From contig JABSPZ010000015.1 of NCBI GenBank assembly GCA_013213785.1, positions 165 through 64,164 of the forward strand: a DNA stretch of 64,000 nucleotides, written 5' to 3'. Below, piece by piece: positions 1 to 13,189 of this stretch. Below the pieces are notes generated by a model. That model was not told the DNA's origin, did no database searches, and worked only from the letters and a program-made list of their open reading frames with translations. Position 1 is the stretch's first letter. The number at the start of each line of letters is the position of its first letter. Origin of the DNA: Henriciella sp. (GTDB taxonomy: Bacteria; Pseudomonadota; Alphaproteobacteria; Caulobacterales; Hyphomonadaceae). The translations under genes were made by a program, and so were the position numbers.

Positions 1-2120
1 TAGCCCGCCAGCTCCTGGGTAATCTTTTGGGCCTCTGCCTTTGGGACTTCTGAGTAGTGGTCGAACTGCATGGTGAATTGACCACGTCCTTGAGACATGC
101 CGCGAAGATCGCCAACATATCCAAACATGTTCACCAGCGGGACAAACGCATTGATCGCCGTCACGTTTCCGCGTGGTTCAGACCCTTGGATCTGACCGCG
201 GCGAGAGTTCAGGTCACCAATGATGTCGCCCATGTAGTCTTCAGGTGTGACAACTTCAACCTTCATCATAGGCTCCATCAGGCGTGGATCACCTTCTGAC
301 TTCAACTCGCGGAACGCAGCACGGGCCGCAATCTCAAACGCCAAGACGCTAGAGTCGACATCGTGGTATGCACCGTCTGTCAGAGTCGCTTTGAAGTCGG
401 TCACTGGGTAGCCAGCGAGAAGTCCGTTTTCCTTCGCCATGCCGAGACCTTTTTCGACACCTGGAATGAATTCTTTCGGGACGTTACCGCCAACGATTTT
501 GCTTTCGAACTGGAAGCCTGAACCAGCTTCGAGCGGCTCAAACGTGATTTTCACGCGGGCAAACTGTCCAGAACCACCAGACTGTTTCTTGTGCGTGTAA
601 TCGATTTCAGCTTCACGGCCGATCGCTTCACGGTAAGCCACTTTCGGCTGACCGATATTCGCTTCAACTTTAAACTCGCGCTTCAGACGATCGACGAGAA
701 TGTCGAGGTGAAGCTCGCCCATGCCCTTCATGATGGTCTGACCAGATTCCATGTCGGTTTCGACTTGGAAGCTTGGATCTTCTGCCGCGAGGCGCTGCAG
801 ACCGACAGACATCTTCTCTTGGTCGGCCTTTGATTTTGGCTCAACCGCAATCTCGATCACTGGATCTGGGAAGGTCATCGTTTCGAGAACAACTGGGTCA
901 TTCTTCGCGCAAAGCGTGTCACCGGTGGTGGTCGCCTTGAGGCCAGCCAGCGCGATAATGTCCCCCGCATAGGCTTCTTCGATTTCCTCACGGTTGTTCG
1001 AGTGCATCATCATCATCCGACCGATGCGCTCTTGCTTATCCTTGGTGGAGTTCAGCATAGAACCGCCTTTGGTCATGACACCTGAATAGATGCGAACAAA
1101 GGTGAGCGAGCCCACGAATGGGTCGTTCATGATTTTAAATGCGAGACCGGCGAACGGCTGATCATCGTCAGCAGAGCGTGCAATGTCACGTGTCTCTGTT
1201 TCGTCGCCAGGCTTAAAGCCCATGTAAGCAGGAACATCGAGCGGGCTCGGAAGGTAATCCAGAACCGCGTTCAACATTGGCTGGACGCCTTTGTTTTTAA
1301 ACGCAGACCCGGCGATCACAGGAACGAACGCCATTTCCAGCGTGCCCTTACGGATCAATTCACGAAGCTTGTCTTGGGAAGGCTCTTCGCCTTCGAGGTA
1401 AGCTTCCATCGCTTCTTCGTCGAGCTCAACAGCAAGCTCAACCATTTCAGAGCGCATCTCTTCGGCTTTGGCTTTGAGCTCGTCGCGGACTTCGCGAAGT
1501 TCCCAAGTCGCACCAAGGTCTTCGCCGGCCCAAACCCACTCTTTCATGGTGATCAGGTCAACGTGGCCTTCAAGCTCGCTCTCAGCGCCGATTGGCAGCT
1601 GAATTGGAAGCGGCTGTGAGCCTGTGCGATCTTTAATCATGTCGACGCAGTTGAAGAAGTCAGCGCCGATCTTGTCCATCTTGTTGACGAACACGATACG
1701 CGGCACGTGATACCGGTCAGCCTGACGCCAAACGGTTTCTGTTTGCGGCTCAACACCAGCGTTTGCATCAAGCACGCAAACCGCGCCATCGAGAACAGCC
1801 AAAGAGCGCTCAACTTCAATCGTGAAGTCAACGTGTCCTGGTGTGTCGATGATGTTCAGGCGGTGCTTTTCAGTTTGAGCTGTTTGACCGTCTTCAGTGC
1901 GCTCCCAGAACGTGGTGGTCGCAGCAGAGGTAATGGTGATACCACGTTCTTGCTCTTGCTCCATCCAGTCCATAGTCGCCGCGCCGTCGTGCACTTCGCC
2001 GATTTTGTGCGACTTACCTGTGTAATACAGGATGCGTTCTGACGTGGTCGTCTTACCGGCGTCAATGTGCGCCATAATACCAAAGTTACGATAGCGCTCC
2101 AGCGGATATTCGCGGGCCAT
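1..2120 (-). CDS. fusA: Elongation factor G. The 3' end and stop codon lie just beyond the left window edge.
   Basis: Reverse-strand ATG at 2118-2120 translates [63 protein letters not shown], which is the G1 P-loop and EF-G N-terminus. The frame stays open to position 3, with no in-frame stop in the window. It sits downstream of rpsL-rpsG as in the str operon. It is not in the ORF track because it lacks a stop. Confidence 0.95.
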   Translation of the reverse strand, partial: MAREYPLERYRNFGIMAHIDAGKTTTSERILYYTGKSHKIGEVHDGAATMDWMEQEQERGITITSAATTTFWERTEDGQTAQTEKHRLNIIDTPGHVDFTIEVERSLAVLDGAVCVLDANAGVEPQTETVWRQADRYHVPRIVFVNKMDKIGADFFNCVDMIKDRTGSQPLPIQLPIGAESELEGHVDLITMKEWVWAGEDLGATWELREVRDELKAKAEEMRSEMVELAVELDEEAMEAYLEGEEPSQDKLRELIRKGTLEMAFVPVIAGSAFKNKGVQPMLNAVLDYLPSPLDVPAYMGFKPGDETETRDIARSADDDQPFAGLAFKIMNDPFVGSLTFVRIYSGVMTKGGSMLNSTKDKQERIGRMMMMHSNNREEIEEAYAGDIIALAGLKATTTGDTLCAKNDPVVLETMTFPDPVIEIAVEPKSKADQEKMSVGLQRLAAEDPSFQVETDMESGQTIMKGMGELHLDILVDRLKREFKVEANIGQPKVAYREAIGREAEIDYTHKKQSGGSGQFARVKITFEPLEAGSGFQFESKIVGGNVPKEFIPGVEKGLGMAKENGLLAGYPVTDFKATLTDGAYHDVDSSVLAFEIAARAAFRELKSEGDPRLMEPMMKVEVVTPEDYMGDIIGDLNSRRGQIQGSEPRGNVTAINAFVPLVNMFGYVGDLRGMSQGRGQFTMQFDHYSEVPKAEAQKITQELAG

Positions 2121-2176
2121 GGGCTTTACCTTCGTAGTTATGTTCCGGGAGGAAACGGAAGCTCTTTAAGTGAAAT

Positions 2177-2647
2177 CTACCAACGATAGTGCGAGAACGC
2201 GCGGTTGGCTTCCGCCATCTTGTGCGTATCTTCACGTTTCTTGACTGCGTTACCGCGGCCTTGCGATGCGTCCATAAGCTCTCCTGCGAGACGCTCACGC
2301 ATCGTGTTTTCGTTACGGCCACCTGCAGCAGCTGCGAGCCAGCGAATGGCAAGCGCTTGGCGGCGCTCAGGACGAACCTCAACAGGCACCTGGTAAGTCG
2401 CACCACCAACACGGCGAGAACGAACCTCAACCGCAGGTGAAATCGCTTCCAGCGCTTCGTGGAACACCTCAACAGGGTCTTTTTTAGCGCGGGACTCAAC
2501 CAAATCCAGCGCGCCATAGACGATGCGCTCAGCAGTCGACTTTTTGCCGTCCTGCATGATCTGGTTCATGAATTTTGAAAGGACAACGTCCTTAAACTTT
2601 GGATCAGGCAGGACCTGACGCTTCTCAGCACGGTGACGACGAGACAT
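2177..2647 (-). CDS. rpsG: 30S ribosomal protein S7
   Basis: 156 aa, [18 protein letters not shown]...AFSHYRW, a typical S7 sequence. str-operon position between rpsL and fusA. Confidence 0.97.
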   Translation of the reverse strand: MSRRHRAEKRQVLPDPKFKDVVLSKFMNQIMQDGKKSTAERIVYGALDLVESRAKKDPVEVFHEALEAISPAVEVRSRRVGGATYQVPVEVRPERRQALAIRWLAAAAGGRNENTMRERLAGELMDASQGRGNAVKKREDTHKMAEANRAFSHYRW

Positions 2648-2661
2648 GTTTTAGCCCTCCC

Positions 2662-3033
2662 TTATTTCGGCTTCTTAACGCCGTAATGCGAACGACGCTG
2701 CTTACGGTCTTTAACGCCCTGGGTATCCAGAACGCCGCGCAGGATGTGGTAACGCACACCTGGCAAATCTTTCACACGACCACCGCGGATCAGGACAACA
2801 GAGTGTTCCTGCAGGTTGTGGCCTTCACCTGGAATGTAGCAAAGCGATTCAAACCCAGTCGTCAGGCGGACCTTCGCCACTTTACGAAGCGCCGAGTTCG
2901 GCTTCTTCGGTGTGGTTGTGTAAACGCGGGTACAAACACCGCGACGCTGTGGGTTGCCCTTGAGGGCGGGTGTCTTGGAGCGCTGCGGCTTCGGTTTGCG
3001 CGGCTTCCGGATAAGCTGTTGAATCGTCGGCAT
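2662..3033 (-). CDS. rpsL: 30S ribosomal protein S12
   Basis: 123 aa, [12 protein letters not shown]...[13 protein letters not shown]..., the highly conserved S12 sequence. Confidence 0.97.
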   Translation of the reverse strand: MPTIQQLIRKPRKPKPQRSKTPALKGNPQRRGVCTRVYTTTPKKPNSALRKVAKVRLTTGFESLCYIPGEGHNLQEHSVVLIRGGRVKDLPGVRYHILRGVLDTQGVKDRKQRRSHYGVKKPK

Positions 3034-3144
3034 AGGGGCCTTGATACTCTCTAGTTTCGTGGCCCCTGTCGGACCAGTTTCAGATGAGACGCAAGACGGG
3101 CCGTGAGTTCCCTACCGTGCATCCGCTTAATGTGGTGCGTTTGC

Positions 3145-3196
3145 CAAACAGGTAATCCCCAAAAGGATTACCGGGCAGACCCATAAGGACCTGCCC
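3145..3196 (-). terminator. Tandem hairpins downstream of rpoC, a candidate rpoC terminator lying ahead of the rpsL promoter region
   Basis: Hairpin 1 is GGGCAG(3173-3178)/CTGCCC(3191-3196). Hairpin 2 is GGTAATCC(3151-3158)/GGATTACC(3165-3172). On the minus strand they are followed by TGTTTGG, so the T-tract is weak. Confidence 0.45.
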
Positions 3197-3295
3197 AGCC
3201 AGCATGTCGCGCGTGTTAAGGCCCCGCGCTTGCCACGTCAAGCCTTGGCGACAGAGCTTTCAGCAATAAGCTCCGCCGCCAAGCTTAATTCGAAT

Positions 3296-6200
3296 TTACT
3301 CAGCTGCTTCTGGCGCTGGGAGAGAGGCGGCTGCCTCTTTCGCTGCGGCTTCGCGTTTGTTGCGAAGCTGCTGGTCGCGCTGAGCTGCAACTTTGCGCAT
3401 TTCGCGCATGCCGCCGCCGGTACCGGCCGGGATGAGACGTCCAACAATGACGTTCTCTTTCAGACCTTCGAGTGTATCGACTTTGCCTTGCAGCGCCGCT
3501 TCGGTCAGCACGCGTGTCGTTTCTTGGAACGAGGCGGCTGAGATGAAGCTGCGGGTCTGCAGCGAAGCTTTGGTGATCCCGAGCAGAACCGGAACCCCCG
3601 TCGCTTCGCGCTGGTCGGCTTTCTTCGACTTGCGCACAGCAGCATTGGCTTCTTCCAGTTCGAGCCCATCAACGTGCTCACCTTTGATCAGCGTCGTGGT
3701 TCCGGCATCCGTGATTTCGAACTTTTGCAGCATCTGGCGAACGATCACCTCGATGTGCTTGTCGTTAATCGGCACGCCCTGCAGACGGTAGACCTTCTGG
3801 ACTTCGTCGACGAGGTAATCGGCCAGAGCCTCAATCCCGAGCGTTGCAAGAATGTCCTGCGGGGCTGGGTTACCGTCGATGATATAGTCACCGCGCTTCA
3901 CGTAGTCGCCGTCCTGAACGTCGAGACGACGTGCTTTCGGGACGAGGAATTCGATCGGATCCTTGCCTTCTTCATCCGGCACAATCGCGATCTTGCGCTT
4001 CTGCTTATACTCACGAACGAACTGAATACGGCCATCCATTTCCGCGATCACAGCGTGATCCTTCGGACGACGTGCTTCGAACAGTTCGGCCACACGCGGC
4101 AGACCACCGGTAATATCTTTGGTTTTCGCACCGCCGGTTGCGACACGCGCCATAGACTCACCAACTTTGATCGTATCGCCATCTTCAACAGACAGGATCG
4201 CACCTGGTGACAGCATGTAGCGGGCCTCATTGCCGTTTGGCAGAGACATCGCTTCACCCTTGTCATTGACCAGCATGATCGATGGACGCAGATCCGCGCC
4301 TTTTGATCCGCGACCGTCAATGATCACGCGAGAAGAAATACCGGTTGCTTCGTCAGTCTCTTCGCGTGCGGTCAGACCGTCCACGATGTCGACCAGGCGA
4401 ACAGTACCTTCAACTTCAGAGATCATTGGCTGGGCGAATGGATCCCAGTCCGCTATCTTGTCGCCTGGCTTGACCTTCTTCTTGTCTTTGACAGAGAGCG
4501 CCGTGCCGTAGGTCGGTTTGAAGGTCTGACGGGTCCGTCCGTCAGCATCTTCGATCGAGATCACCATGTGGCGACCGGTAACGATCAGAGCGCCGTCTTC
4601 GCGGGTCACGAAGGTTGGGTTCTCAAACTTGATCTTACCTTCGACCTGAGCTTCCGCAGAGCTTTCTTCCGCAACCGATGCAGCGCCACCAATGTGGAAG
4701 GTCCGCATGGTCAGCTGTGTTCCAGGTTCACCAATTGACTGAGCCGCGATAACACCGACCGCTTCGCCTTTGTTGACAACTGTACCACGCGCCAGGTCAC
4801 GACCATAACACGCGACACAAACACCGATTTTAGTTTCACAGGTCAGCGGTGAACGAACCTTGATACGGTCCACACCAGCGTCTTCGATTTGACGTGCAAG
4901 CACCTCGTCGATGTGCGTGTTTGCCGGAGCAACAAGCTCACCAGTTTTTGGTGCTTTGACGTCTTCGCCAGTGACACGGCCCAAGATGCGCTCGCTAAGC
5001 GAGACAACAACATCGGCGCCTTCCATGACAGCAGACAGTTCGATGCCCTGATCGGTTCCGCAATCATCTTCGGTCACGATACAGTCTTGCGCAACGTCGA
5101 CGAGACGACGCGTCAGGTACCCTGAGTTCGCTGTCTTCAGAGCGGTATCGGCAAGACCCTTACGTGCACCGTGGGTGGAGTTAAAGTACTCCTGAACGGT
5201 CAGGCCTTCTTTAAAGTTCGAGATGATTGGTGTCTCGATGATCGAGCCATCCGGACGAGCCATCAGGCCGCGCATACCCGCAAGCTGTTTCATCTGGTTC
5301 TTAGAACCACGAGCACCAGAGTGGGCCATCATAAAGACTGAGTTAGTCTCTTCGAGACGTCCGGTCTTTTTGTCGGTTTCAGCTTCACCAGCCGCATCCA
5401 TCATCGCGTCAGCAACTTTGTCCGTACAGGTCGACCAAGCGTCGACAACTTTGTTGTACTTCTCGCCGCGCGTGATCAGACCGTCAGCATATTGACGCTC
5501 ATACTCAGACACTTGCTCTTTGGTTTGCTCAACGAGCTTCACCTTGGCCGCTGGGATTTTCATATCGTCCTTACCGAACGAAATGCCGGCTTTCGCCGCT
5601 TCCCGGAAGCCGAGCGCCATCAAGCGGTCTGCAAAGATCACAGTCGCCTTCTGACCACAGTGACGGTAAACTTCGTCGATCAGTTTCCCGATATTCTTCT
5701 TCACCATCACATCGCTGAGAAGTTTCTCAGGATCGATTTTGTGGTGACGTGGGAAAATGTCAGAAATCATGAAACGACCTGGGGTCGTGTCGATGACTTT
5801 TGAAATGTCTTCGTCGTTTTCGTCCTTGGTGTGGTACATCGCCTTGATCTTGGCGTGCATCGCAAGCTTGCCGGACGACAATGCGTGCTCAAGCTCAGCC
5901 ATATCAGAGATGACCATGCCTTCACCCTGCTCGTTCGGTTTGTCGAGCGAGAGGTAGTAAAGACCCAGTACGATATCCTGAGACGGAACGATGATTGGCT
6001 TACCGTTCGCAGGCGACAGGATGTTGTTTGTAGACATCATCAGAACACGTGCTTCCAACTGGGCCTCGAGGCTCAGTGGGACGTGGACCGCCATTTGGTC
6101 GCCGTCAAAGTCAGCGTTGAACGCCGCACAAACCAGCGGGTGAAGCTGGATGGCTTTGCCTTCGATCAGTTTCGGCTCAAACGCTTGGATCCCGAGACGG

Positions 6201-7495
6201 TGAAGCGTTGGCGCACGGTTCAGGAGAACCGGGTGCTCACGGATAACCTCTTCGAGAATATCCCAAACTTCTGGCTTCTCTTTTTCAACCAGCTTCTTCG
6301 CAGCCTTCACCGTGCCGGCAAGACCTTTCGCATCGAGGCGAGCGTAGATGAACGGTTTGAACAGCTCGAGCGCCATCTTTTTCGGAAGACCACACTCGTG
6401 CAGCTTCATGGTTGGACCAACCACGATGACTGAACGACCAGAATAGTCGACGCGCTTCCCGAGAAGGTTCTGACGGAAGCGACCGTGCTTACCCTTCAGC
6501 ATGTCTGAAAGTGATTTCAGAGGACGCTTATTGGTACCGGTAATCGTACGGCCGCGGCGGCCATTGTCGAACAGGGCGTCAACAGACTCTTGCAGCATCC
6601 GCTTTTCGTTTCGGATGATGATGTCTGGCGCGCGAAGCTCCATCAGGCGCTTCAAACGGTTGTTCCGGTTGATCACGCGGCGATACAGGTCGTTCAGGTC
6701 AGAGGTCGCAAAGCGGCCACCGTCCAGCGGCACCAATGGGCGCAGATCTGGCGGGATCACTGGCACGACATTGAGGATCATCCACTCTGGCTTGGCACCA
6801 GATGCGAGGAAGGCCTCAACGACCTTCAGTCGCTTAGAATACTTCTTGGTTTTCAGCTCAGACGTTGATTCCGCGAGGTCCTCGCGCAGCTGGTCTGCCA
6901 GCAGGTCAAGGTCGAGACCTTCGAGGATCTCTTTAACCGCTTCAGCACCGATCATCGCTGTGAATGCGTCTTCGCCGTGCTCGTCCTGAAGATCCATATA
7001 CTCTTCTTCGGTGAGCATTTGCTTTGGCTCGAGCGGTGTCAGACCAGGTTCAGTGACGACATAGCTCTCAAAGTACAGAACGCGCTCGACATCTTTCAAT
7101 GTCATATCCAGCAGCGTGGCGATCCGGGATGGCAGGGATTTCAGGAACCAGATGTGAGCCACCGGCGAGGCCAGCTCAATGTGTCCCATACGCTCACGGC
7201 GAACCTTTGCGAGCGTGACTTCCACGCCGCATTTTTCACAGATAATTCCGCGATATTTGATCCGCTTATATTTTCCGCAAAGACACTCATAGTCTTTGAT
7301 CGGTCCGAAGATCCGAGCACAGAACAAGCCGTCACGCTCAGGCTTGAACGTCCGATAGTTGATGGTCTCTGGCTTCTTGATTTCACCGGACGACCAGCCG
7401 CGGATCTTTTCCGGGCTAGCGATCGTAATCCGGATCGCATCGAAGCTAGGGACTTCTTCTTTTTGTCTGTAAATGCTGGCTACATCTTGGCGCAT
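3296..7495 (-). CDS. rpoC: DNA-directed RNA polymerase subunit beta'
   Basis: 1399 aa. Contains the NADFDGD catalytic motif ([15 protein letters not shown]) and the zinc-binding Cys cluster [23 protein letters not shown]. Confidence 0.98.
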   Translation of the reverse strand: MRQDVASIYRQKEEVPSFDAIRITIASPEKIRGWSSGEIKKPETINYRTFKPERDGLFCARIFGPIKDYECLCGKYKRIKYRGIICEKCGVEVTLAKVRRERMGHIELASPVAHIWFLKSLPSRIATLLDMTLKDVERVLYFESYVVTEPGLTPLEPKQMLTEEEYMDLQDEHGEDAFTAMIGAEAVKEILEGLDLDLLADQLREDLAESTSELKTKKYSKRLKVVEAFLASGAKPEWMILNVVPVIPPDLRPLVPLDGGRFATSDLNDLYRRVINRNNRLKRLMELRAPDIIIRNEKRMLQESVDALFDNGRRGRTITGTNKRPLKSLSDMLKGKHGRFRQNLLGKRVDYSGRSVIVVGPTMKLHECGLPKKMALELFKPFIYARLDAKGLAGTVKAAKKLVEKEKPEVWDILEEVIREHPVLLNRAPTLHRLGIQAFEPKLIEGKAIQLHPLVCAAFNADFDGDQMAVHVPLSLEAQLEARVLMMSTNNILSPANGKPIIVPSQDIVLGLYYLSLDKPNEQGEGMVISDMAELEHALSSGKLAMHAKIKAMYHTKDENDEDISKVIDTTPGRFMISDIFPRHHKIDPEKLLSDVMVKKNIGKLIDEVYRHCGQKATVIFADRLMALGFREAAKAGISFGKDDMKIPAAKVKLVEQTKEQVSEYERQYADGLITRGEKYNKVVDAWSTCTDKVADAMMDAAGEAETDKKTGRLEETNSVFMMAHSGARGSKNQMKQLAGMRGLMARPDGSIIETPIISNFKEGLTVQEYFNSTHGARKGLADTALKTANSGYLTRRLVDVAQDCIVTEDDCGTDQGIELSAVMEGADVVVSLSERILGRVTGEDVKAPKTGELVAPANTHIDEVLARQIEDAGVDRIKVRSPLTCETKIGVCVACYGRDLARGTVVNKGEAVGVIAAQSIGEPGTQLTMRTFHIGGAASVAEESSAEAQVEGKIKFENPTFVTREDGALIVTGRHMVISIEDADGRTRQTFKPTYGTALSVKDKKKVKPGDKIADWDPFAQPMISEVEGTVRLVDIVDGLTAREETDEATGISSRVIIDGRGSKGADLRPSIMLVNDKGEAMSLPNGNEARYMLSPGAILSVEDGDTIKVGESMARVATGGAKTKDITGGLPRVAELFEARRPKDHAVIAEMDGRIQFVREYKQKRKIAIVPDEEGKDPIEFLVPKARRLDVQDGDYVKRGDYIIDGNPAPQDILATLGIEALADYLVDEVQKVYRLQGVPINDKHIEVIVRQMLQKFEITDAGTTTLIKGEHVDGLELEEANAAVRKSKKADQREATGVPVLLGITKASLQTRSFISAASFQETTRVLTEAALQGKVDTLEGLKENVIVGRLIPAGTGGGMREMRKVAAQRDQQLRNKREAAAKEAAASLPAPEAAE

Positions 7496-7591
7496 ATGTT
7501 TCCACTCCTTGGGAGGGTTTGGCCGGCTTTCTCGCCGAAAATCCGACCTTTGAACCTGTTTACTCTACTGCCCTAATTCAAGGCGCGACGG

Positions 7592-10500
7592 CTATTCAGC
7601 CGCCACGTTTGAGTCTCCGTCATTGTCTCCGATCAGCTCGACATTCAGGCCGAGGGATCGCATCTCTTTGATCAACACGTTGAAGCTTTCCGGAATACCA
7701 GCTTCGAATGTGTCATCGCCGCGAACAATGGCTTCGTACACTTTGGCACGACCGGCCGTATCATCCGACTTAACGGTGAGCATTTCTTGCAGCGTGTATG
7801 CCGCGCCATAGGCCTCAAGGGCCCAGACTTCCATCTCACCGAAGCGCTGACCACCGAACTGGGCTTTACCGCCGAGTGGCTGCTGTGTGACCAGAGAGTA
7901 TGGTCCGGTTGAACGCGCGTGGATCTTCTCATCGACCAGGTGGTGTAGTTTGAGGAGATACTTATAGCCCACAGTAACGGGACGTTTGAACTGCTCGCCG
8001 GTGCGGCCATCAAACACGACCGACTGACCAGAGCCATGCAGACCTGCGCGCTCGAGCATTTCAACAATGTCTGGCTCACGCGCACCATCAAAGACTGGGG
8101 TCGCGAACGGCACACCTTTGTGAAGGTTGCCGGCCAACTCGACCAGATCCTCTTCCGACTCTGGAAGCGGCTCATCATTGCCATAGACTTTCTGAAGCGT
8201 CTCTTTGAGCTGCTTCACGTCATTATTGGCTCGCCACTCTTCGAGCGATTCCGTCACCAGCTTACCGAGACCGGCAGCCGCCCATCCGAGGTGGGTTTCG
8301 AGAATCTGCCCAACGTTCATACGCGATGGAACGCCGAGTGGGTTCAGAACGATATCGACTGGGGTCCCGTCCTCAAGGAATGGCATATCTTCGATCGGGT
8401 TGATCTTAGAGATAACCCCCTTGTTTCCGTGACGTCCGGCCATTTTGTCGCCTGGCTGCAGCTTACGCTTCACAGCGAGGAAGACTTTGACAACCTTCAT
8501 CACGCCAGGAGGCAGGTCATCGCCCTGCTGAACTTTGTCGACTTTATCGTTGAAGCGCGCATCCAGCTCGCGGATCGCTTCGTCGAACTGCTCACGCAGA
8601 CCATCGATTTCGGCTTGAGCCTTCTCAGACTTCAGCGCGATTTCCCAAAGGTCGCGATCAGACAGCTCTTCCAGATCAGCAGCAGAAATCTTGCCTGTTT
8701 TGAAGCCTTTCGGTCCAGCCGCAGCTTCTTTGCCGGTCAGAACTTCGCGCAGACGGTTATAGGTGTTGCGTTCAAGGATAGACTGCTCGTCTTCTTTATC
8801 CTCTTGCAGCTGCTCGATCTGCTCACGCTCAATTTGTAGCGCGCGCTGGTCTTTATCGATGCCGTGGCGGTTAAACACACGAACTTCAACAACCGTGCCC
8901 GCATCGCCCGGAGGCACACGCATAGAGGTGTCGCGAACGTCTGAGGCTTTCTCACCAAAGATCGCGCGGAGAAGCTTCTCTTCCGGCGTCATTGGGCTCT
9001 CGCCCTTTGGTGTCACCTTACCGACCAGAATATCGCCTGCTTTTACCTCGGCGCCGACGGCAACAATGCCGGCTTCGTCGAGATTACGGAGCGCTTCTTC
9101 ACCAACGTTTGGAATGTCGCGGGTGATTTCTTCTGGGCCAAGCTTGGTATCACGAGACGCGATCTCAAACTCTTCCAAGTGGATCGATGTGTAGACATCG
9201 TCGCGCACGATCCGCTCAGAGATCAGGATCGAGTCTTCGAAGTTGTAGCCGTTCCAAGGCATAAACGCGACGAGCACGTTACGGCCAAGGGCCAGTTCGC
9301 CGAGGTCGGTAGACGGGCCATCGGCGATAATATCGCCTTTCTTGACCACATCGCCCACACGAACGATCGGACGCTGGTTGATACAGCTGTTCTGGTTCGA
9401 ACGACGGAACTTAGACAGGCGGTAGATATCCACGCCTGACTTGCCTTCGAGATCCTCAGTCGCACGCACAACAATACGCGTACCGTCAACCTGCTCAATC
9501 ACACCGGCGCGGGACGCCACAACTGCCGCGCGACTATCGCGCGCCACAACCGCTTCCATACCGGTTCCGACCAGCGGCGCATCGGTTTGCACCAATGGCA
9601 CAGCCTGACGCTGCATGTTTGAGCCCATCAAAGCACGGTTCGCATCATCATTCTCAAGGAATGGGATCAGCGCCGCAGCGACAGACACAACCTGCTTCGG
9701 CGAAACGTCCATGTATTGAACGTCTTCTTTGAGCACGAGCATCGCCTCGCCGTTCACACGAGCGTTTGCGAATTCGTTGATCAGTTCACCCTTCTCGTCG
9801 ACCTGCGTGTTGGCCTGAGCAATCTTGTAGAGCTGCTCTTCCATTGCAGAGAGATAGATGACCTCATCGGTCAGTTTGCCGTTTTCAACTTTACGGTACG
9901 GGCTCTCAATGAAGCCGTACTTGTTGACGCGCGCATGGGTCGCGAGCGAGTTAATCAGACCAATGTTCGGACCTTCTGGCGTTTCAATCGGACAGATCCG
10001 ACCATAGTGGGTCGGGTGCACGTCGCGAACCTCAAAGCCCGCACGCTCACGCGTCAGACCACCTGGCCCAAGCGCTGAGAGACGTCTTTTGTGCGTAATC
10101 TCTGAAAGCGGGTTGGTTTGGTCCATGAACTGAGACAGCTGCGAAGAGCCGAAGAATTCACGCACGGACGCAACAACTGGCTTCGCGTTGATCAGATCGT
10201 TCGGCATCACCGTGTCGATGTCGACAGAGCTCATACGCTCTTTGATCGCGCGCTCCATGCGCACGAGACCAATGCGGTAGTTGTTTTCCATCAACTCACC
10301 GACTGAACGAACGCGGCGGTTACCGAGGTTATCGATATCGTCGACTTCGCCCTTGCCGTCTTTCAGGTCGAGGATGACCTTCGCGACGCCAACAATGTCG
10401 TCATTGCGGAGGGTACGCTCAGTATCTTCAGCTGGTTCATAGCCAGGGACCGCAACTTTCAGACGGGTGTTCATTTTTACCCGGCCAACGGCAGACAAGT

Positions 10501-11710
10501 CATAACGCTCGCCATCGAAGAAGAGCTGGTTGAAGAGCGCGTCAGCCGCTTCCTGGGTTGGCGGCTCACCAGGGCGCATAACACGGTAAATGTCAGACAG
10601 TGCCTCAAAACGGGTGTCGTTCTTGTCCGCTTTCAGCGTGTTGCGCAGCCATGGGCCGCGGCCACCGCCATCTACGTCGAGAACTTCGATCGCTTTGATC
10701 TTTTGCTCGCGCAGTTCGGCGAGCAGCTCTTCGTCCAGAAGATCGCCAGACTCACCATAAATCTCACCGGTTTTGCGGTTGACGATGTCACGCGCAAGGA
10801 ACTTGCCTTCGACCGCAGTGGTCGGAAGCAGAAGCTCTTCGGTTCCACCTTCTTTGATCCGCTTCAGCGCGAGCGCTGTGATCTTACGATCCGCAGGCGC
10901 AACAACTTTGCCTGACTTGGCATCAACCAGATCGAAAGTTGGCTTCACGCCTTTCCAAGCGTCTGGATTGAACCCAGTGATCCAGCCAGCTTTATCCAGG
11001 CGGTAGATTGAGTGGGTGTAGAACATGTCCAGGATCTGGTCTGCGTCATAGCCGAGCGCCATCATAAGCGTTGTGGCCGGCAGTTTCCGCTTCCGGTCGA
11101 TCCGTACGTTGAGGATGTCCTTGGCATCAAACTCAAAGTCGAGCCAAGAGCCACGATATGGAATGATCCGTGCTGCGAAGAGCAGCTTACCAGAAGAGTG
11201 CGTTTTGCCTTTATCGTGATCGAAGAACACACCTGGCGACCGGTGCATCTGGCTCACAATAACACGCTCAGTACCATTCACGATGAAGGTGCCTTTATTG
11301 GTCATCAGCGGGATATCCCCGAGATAGACCTCTTGTTCTTTGACTTCTTTGACCGACTTGGCGCCGGTATCTTCATCAATGTCGAACACGACCAACTGCA
11401 AGCGCACTTTCAAAGGCGCCGCATATGTCAGATCGCGCTGCATACATTCTTCAGTGTCGAATTTCGGCGGCTCAAACTCATACGAAACATATTCGAGCGA
11501 CGCGCGCTCGTTGAAATCGATGATTGGGAACACTGACTTGAACACGCCGCCGAGACCGTCATCGGTCCGTTCTGCTTGCGGTGTGTGCATTTGCAGGAAG
11601 TGTTCATATGAGGAGCGCTGAACCTCGATGAGGTTTGGCATATCGATGGCTTCGGGAATTTTGCCGAAGGATTTGCGGATGCGTTTCTTTTCAGTGAAAG
11701 AGAGTGCCAT
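7592..11710 (-). CDS. rpoB: DNA-directed RNA polymerase subunit beta
   Basis: 1372 aa. Conserved beta-subunit blocks are present ([34 protein letters not shown], the rif region, and [13 protein letters not shown]). It sits immediately upstream of rpoC. Confidence 0.98.
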   Translation of the reverse strand: MALSFTEKKRIRKSFGKIPEAIDMPNLIEVQRSSYEHFLQMHTPQAERTDDGLGGVFKSVFPIIDFNERASLEYVSYEFEPPKFDTEECMQRDLTYAAPLKVRLQLVVFDIDEDTGAKSVKEVKEQEVYLGDIPLMTNKGTFIVNGTERVIVSQMHRSPGVFFDHDKGKTHSSGKLLFAARIIPYRGSWLDFEFDAKDILNVRIDRKRKLPATTLMMALGYDADQILDMFYTHSIYRLDKAGWITGFNPDAWKGVKPTFDLVDAKSGKVVAPADRKITALALKRIKEGGTEELLLPTTAVEGKFLARDIVNRKTGEIYGESGDLLDEELLAELREQKIKAIEVLDVDGGGRGPWLRNTLKADKNDTRFEALSDIYRVMRPGEPPTQEAADALFNQLFFDGERYDLSAVGRVKMNTRLKVAVPGYEPAEDTERTLRNDDIVGVAKVILDLKDGKGEVDDIDNLGNRRVRSVGELMENNYRIGLVRMERAIKERMSSVDIDTVMPNDLINAKPVVASVREFFGSSQLSQFMDQTNPLSEITHKRRLSALGPGGLTRERAGFEVRDVHPTHYGRICPIETPEGPNIGLINSLATHARVNKYGFIESPYRKVENGKLTDEVIYLSAMEEQLYKIAQANTQVDEKGELINEFANARVNGEAMLVLKEDVQYMDVSPKQVVSVAAALIPFLENDDANRALMGSNMQRQAVPLVQTDAPLVGTGMEAVVARDSRAAVVASRAGVIEQVDGTRIVVRATEDLEGKSGVDIYRLSKFRRSNQNSCINQRPIVRVGDVVKKGDIIADGPSTDLGELALGRNVLVAFMPWNGYNFEDSILISERIVRDDVYTSIHLEEFEIASRDTKLGPEEITRDIPNVGEEALRNLDEAGIVAVGAEVKAGDILVGKVTPKGESPMTPEEKLLRAIFGEKASDVRDTSMRVPPGDAGTVVEVRVFNRHGIDKDQRALQIEREQIEQLQEDKEDEQSILERNTYNRLREVLTGKEAAAGPKGFKTGKISAADLEELSDRDLWEIALKSEKAQAEIDGLREQFDEAIRELDARFNDKVDKVQQGDDLPPGVMKVVKVFLAVKRKLQPGDKMAGRHGNKGVISKINPIEDMPFLEDGTPVDIVLNPLGVPSRMNVGQILETHLGWAAAGLGKLVTESLEEWRANNDVKQLKETLQKVYGNDEPLPESEEDLVELAGNLHKGVPFATPVFDGAREPDIVEMLERAGLHGSGQSVVFDGRTGEQFKRPVTVGYKYLLKLHHLVDEKIHARSTGPYSLVTQQPLGGKAQFGGQRFGEMEVWALEAYGAAYTLQEMLTVKSDDTAGRAKVYEAIVRGDDTFEAGIPESFNVLIKEMRSLGLNVELIGDNDGDSNVAAE

Positions 11711-11776
11711 CTTGTCTTCCGTTCTTTGCGCTTCAGCGGGGATGCCAAAGCAGCGTGTCGCCTAGAACGCGAGGAC

Positions 11777-11803
11777 GCGGCAAAGCCTTAACAGCTTTGC
11801 CGC
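11777..11803 (-). promoter_or_regulatory. Hairpin in the rplL-rpoB intergenic region, a possible attenuator
   Basis: GCGGCAAAGC / GCTTTGCCGC inverted repeat with a 7-nt loop. An attenuator at this position is known in E. coli, but here there is no clear T-tract. Confidence 0.3.
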
Positions 11804-11877
11804 GCTTAATTCTGACGAAATGGCGCCTCGCGCAAACCCCATTCCGTACTGTACTCACCCCGCGAGGGGCAGAAGTC

Positions 11878-12258
11878 TTACTTGAGCTCGACAGTCGCGC
11901 CGGCTTCTTCGAACTTCTTCTTGATTTCTTCGGCTTCGTCTTTTGCGACGCCTTCTTTGATCGGCTTTGGAGCACCTTCTACGAGCTCTTTAGCTTCTTT
12001 CAGACCAAGGCCGCCCACGACTTCGCGGACAACTTTAATCACGTTGATTTTCTTAGCGCCGGCATCTGTAAGAACGACGTCGAACTCGTCCTTCTCAGCA
12101 GCAGCGTCACCGCCAGCGTCGCCGCCAGCCGCAGGGCCTGCAACAGCGACAGCTGCCGCAGCTTTAATGCCACGCTCTTCGAGAAAGTCGTTGAGTTCTT
12201 TTGCTTCTAGAATGGTGAGGCCCAGGAGCTCTTCACCGAGTTTTGCGATATCAGCCAT
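11878..12258 (-). CDS. rplL: 50S ribosomal protein L7/L12
   Basis: 126 aa with an Ala/Gly-rich hinge and a C-terminal domain ...[30 protein letters not shown]... Confidence 0.95.
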   Translation of the reverse strand: MADIAKLGEELLGLTILEAKELNDFLEERGIKAAAAVAVAGPAAGGDAGGDAAAEKDEFDVVLTDAGAKKINVIKVVREVVGGLGLKEAKELVEGAPKPIKEGVAKDEAEEIKKKFEEAGATVELK

Positions 12259-12316
12259 TTTTCTGATTTCCTGTTACGGGTTGATGTGTTTGCTGGTCTT
12301 TGTTGTGGAATTGACC

Positions 12317-12832
12317 TTACGCTGCTGCCTGGTCGCCAATGGCGTTGATTGCGCCCGCCAGGCCTTGACCTGGTGCATTTAGACGCTGACCAAGTTGGCT
12401 TGCTTGCCCCAAGAGGCGCGCAACCACAGTCGCAATTTGTTCCTCACGAGATGGCATTTTGGAGAGCGCAGTTACGCCCGCCGCATCAAGAATTTCATCT
12501 CCCATCATACCGCCAACGATAACGAGCTTCTCATTATCTTTAGCGAACTCCGAAGCGCCCTTTGCCGCAGCAACGGGATCCTCAGCGTAAGCGATGACAG
12601 TCTGGTCAACGAACATGGCATTTGCCGCGTCGCCGCCTTTTCCATCAAGCGCTTTTTTGAAGAGACGGTTCTTGACCACTTTCGCTGTCGCACCCTGCTC
12701 GCGCAGTTTGCCACGGAACTCAGTCATCTCCGCAACTGTAAGACCGGTATAACGTGCCACGATGACACTGCCTGAGTCAGCAATAACGCCTTCCAGCGAT
12801 TTGATGGCTTCGGCTTTTCCGGCTCTATCCAT
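12317..12832 (-). CDS. rplJ: 50S ribosomal protein L10
   Basis: 171 aa, MDRAGKAEAIKSLEG...VARYTGLTVAEMTEFR.... Position upstream of rplL. Confidence 0.93.
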   Translation of the reverse strand: MDRAGKAEAIKSLEGVIADSGSVIVARYTGLTVAEMTEFRGKLREQGATAKVVKNRLFKKALDGKGGDAANAMFVDQTVIAYAEDPVAAAKGASEFAKDNEKLVIVGGMMGDEILDAAGVTALSKMPSREEQIATVVARLLGQASQLGQRLNAPGQGLAGAINAIGDQAAA

Positions 12833-13129
12833 TACGGATCTCCTTCAAACAAGGCGACCGGACCATCCGGGCGCCTGGGGTTGCCGTCGATGACGTCTAG
12901 ACGCCATTTCAAGCGCCTGCCCAGGGCATCCGCAGACCAGTCCAATCTGTGAAAACATCACAGACCAACCTGCATCACCCCGTCTATCAAGGGATTTACA
13001 CTTCGAACAAAGCCACCCATGGTCTCGGACAGGAAACGGGAGACCGACGAATCGCCAATCTCCCGCAAGCCGCGTTCCTTAACCTTTGATCCACATGTGC
13101 GCAAGGGCCAAAATCAGAAAAGTCAAGAA
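12833..13129 (-). promoter_or_regulatory. Long untranslated leader of rplJ, a candidate L10(L12)4 autoregulatory leader plus promoter
   Basis: About 300 nt of non-coding sequence lies between the rplA terminator and the rplJ start. Translational autoregulation through an rplJ leader is established in other bacteria. No specific fold was verified here. Confidence 0.3.
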
Positions 13130-13170
13130 AAAAACTAAAAACCCCGCCGAACAGATCCGACGGGGTTTTT
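13130..13170 (-). terminator. Intrinsic terminator after rplA
   Basis: Stem CCCCGCCG(13142-13149)/CCGACGGGG(13157-13165) with one mismatch. It is flanked by A-run and T-run, and on the minus strand is followed by TTTTTAGTTTTT. Confidence 0.7.
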
Positions 13171-13189
13171 GAAATAGGTGCGACTAGCC

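Noticed and set aside
3393-11621. Many long alternative-frame and antisense ORFs inside rpoC and rpoB (for example 5831..6433 +, 6977..7576 +, 8036..8839 +, 7672..8184 -, 11012..11536 +).
   Set aside because: They overlap two unambiguous, highly conserved genes. Their translations are Arg/Ser/Pro-rich low-complexity sequence typical of off-frame reading of GC-rich coding DNA, and no RBS or motif supports them.
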